In this document: in pieces, positions 23,955 to 28,672 of the stretch
How positions within the stretch are numbered: the stretch's first letter is position 1
Layout of the letters: every line of letters begins with the position of its first letter
DNA from: an uncultured Thermodesulfobacteriota bacterium
GTDB taxonomy: Bacteria; Desulfobacterota; B13-G15; RBG-16-54-18
Length of the DNA stretch: 28,672 nucleotides
Assembly (NCBI GenBank): GCA_964354505.1
Contig: CAYHAB010000165.1
Location: 1-28,672 of the forward strand
Direction: 5' to 3'
Notes under the pieces: model-generated
What the model was told of the DNA's origin: nothing
Seen by the model: the letters and a program-made list of their open reading frames with translations, nothing else
Database searches by the model: none
Program-made: the position numbers and the translations under genes

Positions 23955-25190
23955 ATGCACAGTGAAGAAAAGGCCAAGAATCACCTCATCAATGATTTGC
24001 TAAGATTTCGCCAACAACTCGCCGCATCGAAGGCATCAGAGACCAAACCAAAATCACACTATGACAGCCTCCTAACTCTATACGATACCGTCATTGATCT
24101 GATCAGCCTGCTGGATGTGGATGAGCTTATGGAGATTATCATTAGCCGTGTCGCAGGCTTAGTGAAGGCCAAACACGGGTTCTTCTACCGATACAACCAT
24201 GTCGGAGACGTTCTGGAATTGAAAAAAGCTTTAGGTTTTTACAGCGAACATATCGGATTTCACGTTAAAAAGGGTGCCGGATTGGCAGGCAAGGTTTTAC
24301 AAACCGGCAGTCCCATGGCAGTGAACGATTACCAATCGTGGGAAGGACGGCACCCGGATTCCCGATGGGACACCATTCGGGCGATTACTGCTATGCCGCT
24401 TACGTTTGAAGGAAAGATCATAGGTGTTTTTGGTCTCGCCCATATCGAACATGGAAAAAAATTCGGGAACGACGATATGACCGTGCTCACCTGTTTTGCC
24501 GCACTGGCCAACATTGCGTTGACCAATGTAAGACTCTCCGCAGACCTTCAAAAGGAGTTTGACAGGCGCAAGGAGGCTGAGAAAAAGCTTCATCAAGGTT
24601 ATGATCAACTGCAGGAAACTTTTGCCGCAACGGTTAATGCCCTGGCAGCAACGGTAGAATTAAAAGATCCTTACACCGCCGCTCATCAGCGTTGGGTAAC
24701 CCGCCTGGCCTGTGCCCTTGCCGCAGAGATGGGTCTTTCTAAAGAGCATATTGAGGGTGTCCGAATGGCCGGACTCATTCACGATATCGGCAAGATGAAT
24801 GTACCTGTTGAATTTCTCAACAAACCAGGCCGGTTATCAGACATAGAATATGATATCGTAAAAATTCACCCCCAAAGCGGTTACGATATAGTGAGAGAGA
24901 TACAGTTTCCTTGGCCGGTGGCCCAGATTGTTTTGCAACATCATGAGCGTATGGATGGTTCCGGATATCCCCACCGGCTTCCCGGCATGAAGATCCTCCT
25001 CGAGGCGAGGCTCTTGGCAGTAGCGGATGTGGTTGAGTCCATGGCCTCTCCCCGGCCCTATCGAAATGTCTACGGTATTGAGATTGCATTAGATGAGATC
25101 GCAAAGAACAGGGGCACCCTCTATGATACCGAGGTAGTCGATGTTTGTCTGAGGGTTTTTCAGGAAAAGGGATTTACGTTTGAATATTAA
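23955..25190 (+). CDS. GAF domain plus HD-GYP cyclic-dinucleotide phosphodiesterase
   Basis: SD AGGAGGT at 23941 favours ATG 23955. A GAF domain (GLAGKVLQTG, AMPLTFEGKIIGV) is followed by ELKDPYTAAH, HDIGK, QHHERMDGSGYP, ADVVE and RPYR. Confidence 0.92.
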   Translation: MHSEEKAKNHLINDLLRFRQQLAASKASETKPKSHYDSLLTLYDTVIDLISLLDVDELMEIIISRVAGLVKAKHGFFYRYNHVGDVLELKKALGFYSEHIGFHVKKGAGLAGKVLQTGSPMAVNDYQSWEGRHPDSRWDTIRAITAMPLTFEGKIIGVFGLAHIEHGKKFGNDDMTVLTCFAALANIALTNVRLSADLQKEFDRRKEAEKKLHQGYDQLQETFAATVNALAATVELKDPYTAAHQRWVTRLACALAAEMGLSKEHIEGVRMAGLIHDIGKMNVPVEFLNKPGRLSDIEYDIVKIHPQSGYDIVREIQFPWPVAQIVLQHHERMDGSGYPHRLPGMKILLEARLLAVADVVESMASPRPYRNVYGIEIALDEIAKNRGTLYDTEVVDVCLRVFQEKGFTFEY

Positions 25191-25244
25191 GGAGGGATAG
25201 ATACCTTGTATTCCTCTGGGAGCACGAGGAGCGGATAGGGACTT

Positions 25245-25946
25245 TCACAAATATTGCTGAAACCATTCGAGGCTCATCCGGATGGCCCTTGTGCGGTGCT
25301 GGGGGTTGGTAAAACGGTGGTCCCCGCCGGGAAATACCTCTAAGTGTTTAGGCGAACGAGCCGTTTGATAGAGGGTTTCAGCGTGAGAGAGGGGGACAAT
25401 TTCGTCCGCCTCCCCGTGCAGCACAAGGCAGTTGCTTAATCCTTTGATGGCCTTTCCGGCATCATATTTTTTTGCATCGTTATAGAAGGCATTCTGCAGC
25501 AGGACCTCCTCATCTGTTAGCCCCTTTTTCCCTTCAAGACGGACAGGGGTGGCCCAGAGGACCGCGGCCTTCACCATGAAATCCGATACCCCCTTAAACA
25601 CTGAGATAAAGCCGCCCATGCTGCTGCCGAGAAGGCCAACGTGATCGCCCAAAAGCGGATGATGAACCGCCAGGTCTAATATCGCCTCCAGGTCTTTTAT
25701 CCGGGATGAGACCGTCGTTTTGCTCAGATCCCCTTCACTTTCACCGCACCCCTGATGATCGTATCTGATCACGGCGATTCCCTGGGCGGAGAAGAATTCG
25801 CCAATCTCCACGAACTTCTCGCTATCCTTGCTGCTAAATAGACCGTGAGAGGCGATTACGCAGGGAGGTGAGGGGTTTCGGGGGAGGTGCAGTATCCCAT
25901 AGATCTTTTTCCCCTCGCTGATTGTCCTGATGAACTCAATAGCCAC
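25245..25946 (-). CDS. Alpha/beta hydrolase
   Basis: HGLFSSK, RYDHQGCGES, nucleophile elbow GSSMGG, HGEADE, GGDHRF (Ser-Asp-His triad). GTG start with SD AAGGAG. Confidence 0.9.
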   Translation of the reverse strand: MAIEFIRTISEGKKIYGILHLPRNPSPPCVIASHGLFSSKDSEKFVEIGEFFSAQGIAVIRYDHQGCGESEGDLSKTTVSSRIKDLEAILDLAVHHPLLGDHVGLLGSSMGGFISVFKGVSDFMVKAAVLWATPVRLEGKKGLTDEEVLLQNAFYNDAKKYDAGKAIKGLSNCLVLHGEADEIVPLSHAETLYQTARSPKHLEVFPGGDHRFTNPQHRTRAIRMSLEWFQQYL

Positions 25947-26005
25947 GGTCGATTAATCTCCTTTCCGTCATAACTTCCGATGGCCTCTTTGAACGCTGCC
26001 CAACC

Positions 26006-26512
26006 TCACTGTGATACCTCTATAACGGGCGGGGCGGCATATAGCTCCACATCTTTTTCATCCGTCTTTTGCAGAAGCTCCTTAACGGTCTTTTTCAAGA
26101 TGGGATGGGAGAGATCAGGGGCTATCTCCGCTAAGGGGACTAGGACAAAGCTCCTCTCGTGCAGACGGGGATGGGGGATAATCAGGTCCGACTCTTCGAC
26201 GATCTCTGCTCCATAGAAGAGTATGTCCAGGTCTATGATGCGCGGCGCCATCTTAGAGGGTTTTATCCTTCCCATGCGCTTCTCGATCCCCTGCAAGAAA
26301 TCCCGGAGGGGATGGGGGAGAAGGTCGGTAGACACCTCTGCTACACAATTGATAAACCAATCCTGATCTCGGCAGCCTACGGGTTCTGTTTTATAGAAGG
26401 AAGAGACGGCTTGTATATGAATATGAGCCGATGCGGATATCCCCTCAAGGGCGCGCAGACAATTATCAACTTTATCGCCTATGTTTGAACCTAATCCCAG
26501 ATAGACGACCAC
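26006..26512 (-). CDS. folK: 2-amino-4-hydroxy-6-hydroxymethyldihydropteridine diphosphokinase
   Basis: YLGLGSNIGD, SSFYKTEPVG, FINCV, PRIIDLDIL, IPHPRLHERSFVLVPL. Confidence 0.97.
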   Translation of the reverse strand: MVVYLGLGSNIGDKVDNCLRALEGISASAHIHIQAVSSFYKTEPVGCRDQDWFINCVAEVSTDLLPHPLRDFLQGIEKRMGRIKPSKMAPRIIDLDILFYGAEIVEESDLIIPHPRLHERSFVLVPLAEIAPDLSHPILKKTVKELLQKTDEKDVELYAAPPVIEVSQ

Positions 26513-26525
26513 TGCCTCACGGTAC

Positions 26526-26729
26526 CTATTTCTTCTTCGCTTTTGTCTCTTTGTCTTCTTCTTTTTCTTTCGGCGTTACATCGATCTCCGGGGGTTCAGA
26601 GATCGATTTCTTGAAGTTCCTGATGGCCTTTCCAATACCTGATCCGATCTCCGGAAGTCTGCTAGCGCCAAATACAAGGATGGCTATACCAAGGATGATG
26701 AGCAGTTCAGGCATGCCGATGCCAAACAT
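26526..26729 (-). CDS. tatA: Twin-arginine translocase TatA/TatE subunit (67 aa)
   Basis: [50 protein letters not shown] upstream of ATG 26729. Confidence 0.95.
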   Translation of the reverse strand: MFGIGMPELLIILGIAILVFGASRLPEIGSGIGKAIRNFKKSISEPPEIDVTPKEKEEDKETKAKKK

Positions 26730-26760
26730 GACGTTCTCCTTTCGCGGTGAAAATAAAAAG

Positions 26761-28672
<1,912 letters not shown>

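Noticed and set aside
25211-25230. TCCTC-N9-GAGGA hairpin between the convergent HD-GYP and hydrolase genes
   Set aside because: Only 5 bp, a long loop and no U-tract; too weak to call a terminator.

Overview
Bacterial DNA with two compositionally different halves that meet at about 17.5-17.7 kb. The left half is AT-richer. It holds a + strand run of gltB (5'-truncated), gltD, an uncharacterised 856-aa dikinase-like protein (degenerate KaiC-like N-terminus, PPDK_N ATP-grasp domain, candidate phospho-His domain), pyrG, carA and carB. Next comes a previously unannotated purS pseudogene, then an oppositely oriented cassette of AbrB-family regulator, TolC, MacA-like and MacB. The right half is GC-richer. 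It holds a three-gene AddAB-like locus (helicase, free-standing RecB-family nuclease, AddB), a GAF/HD-GYP gene with a structured leader, a - strand run of tRNA-Sec, tatA, folK and an alpha/beta hydrolase, and ligA (3'-truncated, missing from the ORF track). The best candidates for undescribed biology are the dikinase-like protein among glutamine-consuming enzymes and the apparently evolved split of AddA. No CRISPR array, transposase or integrase was seen. All calls come from motif reading by eye. GC figures are hand counts of a few sample lines only.
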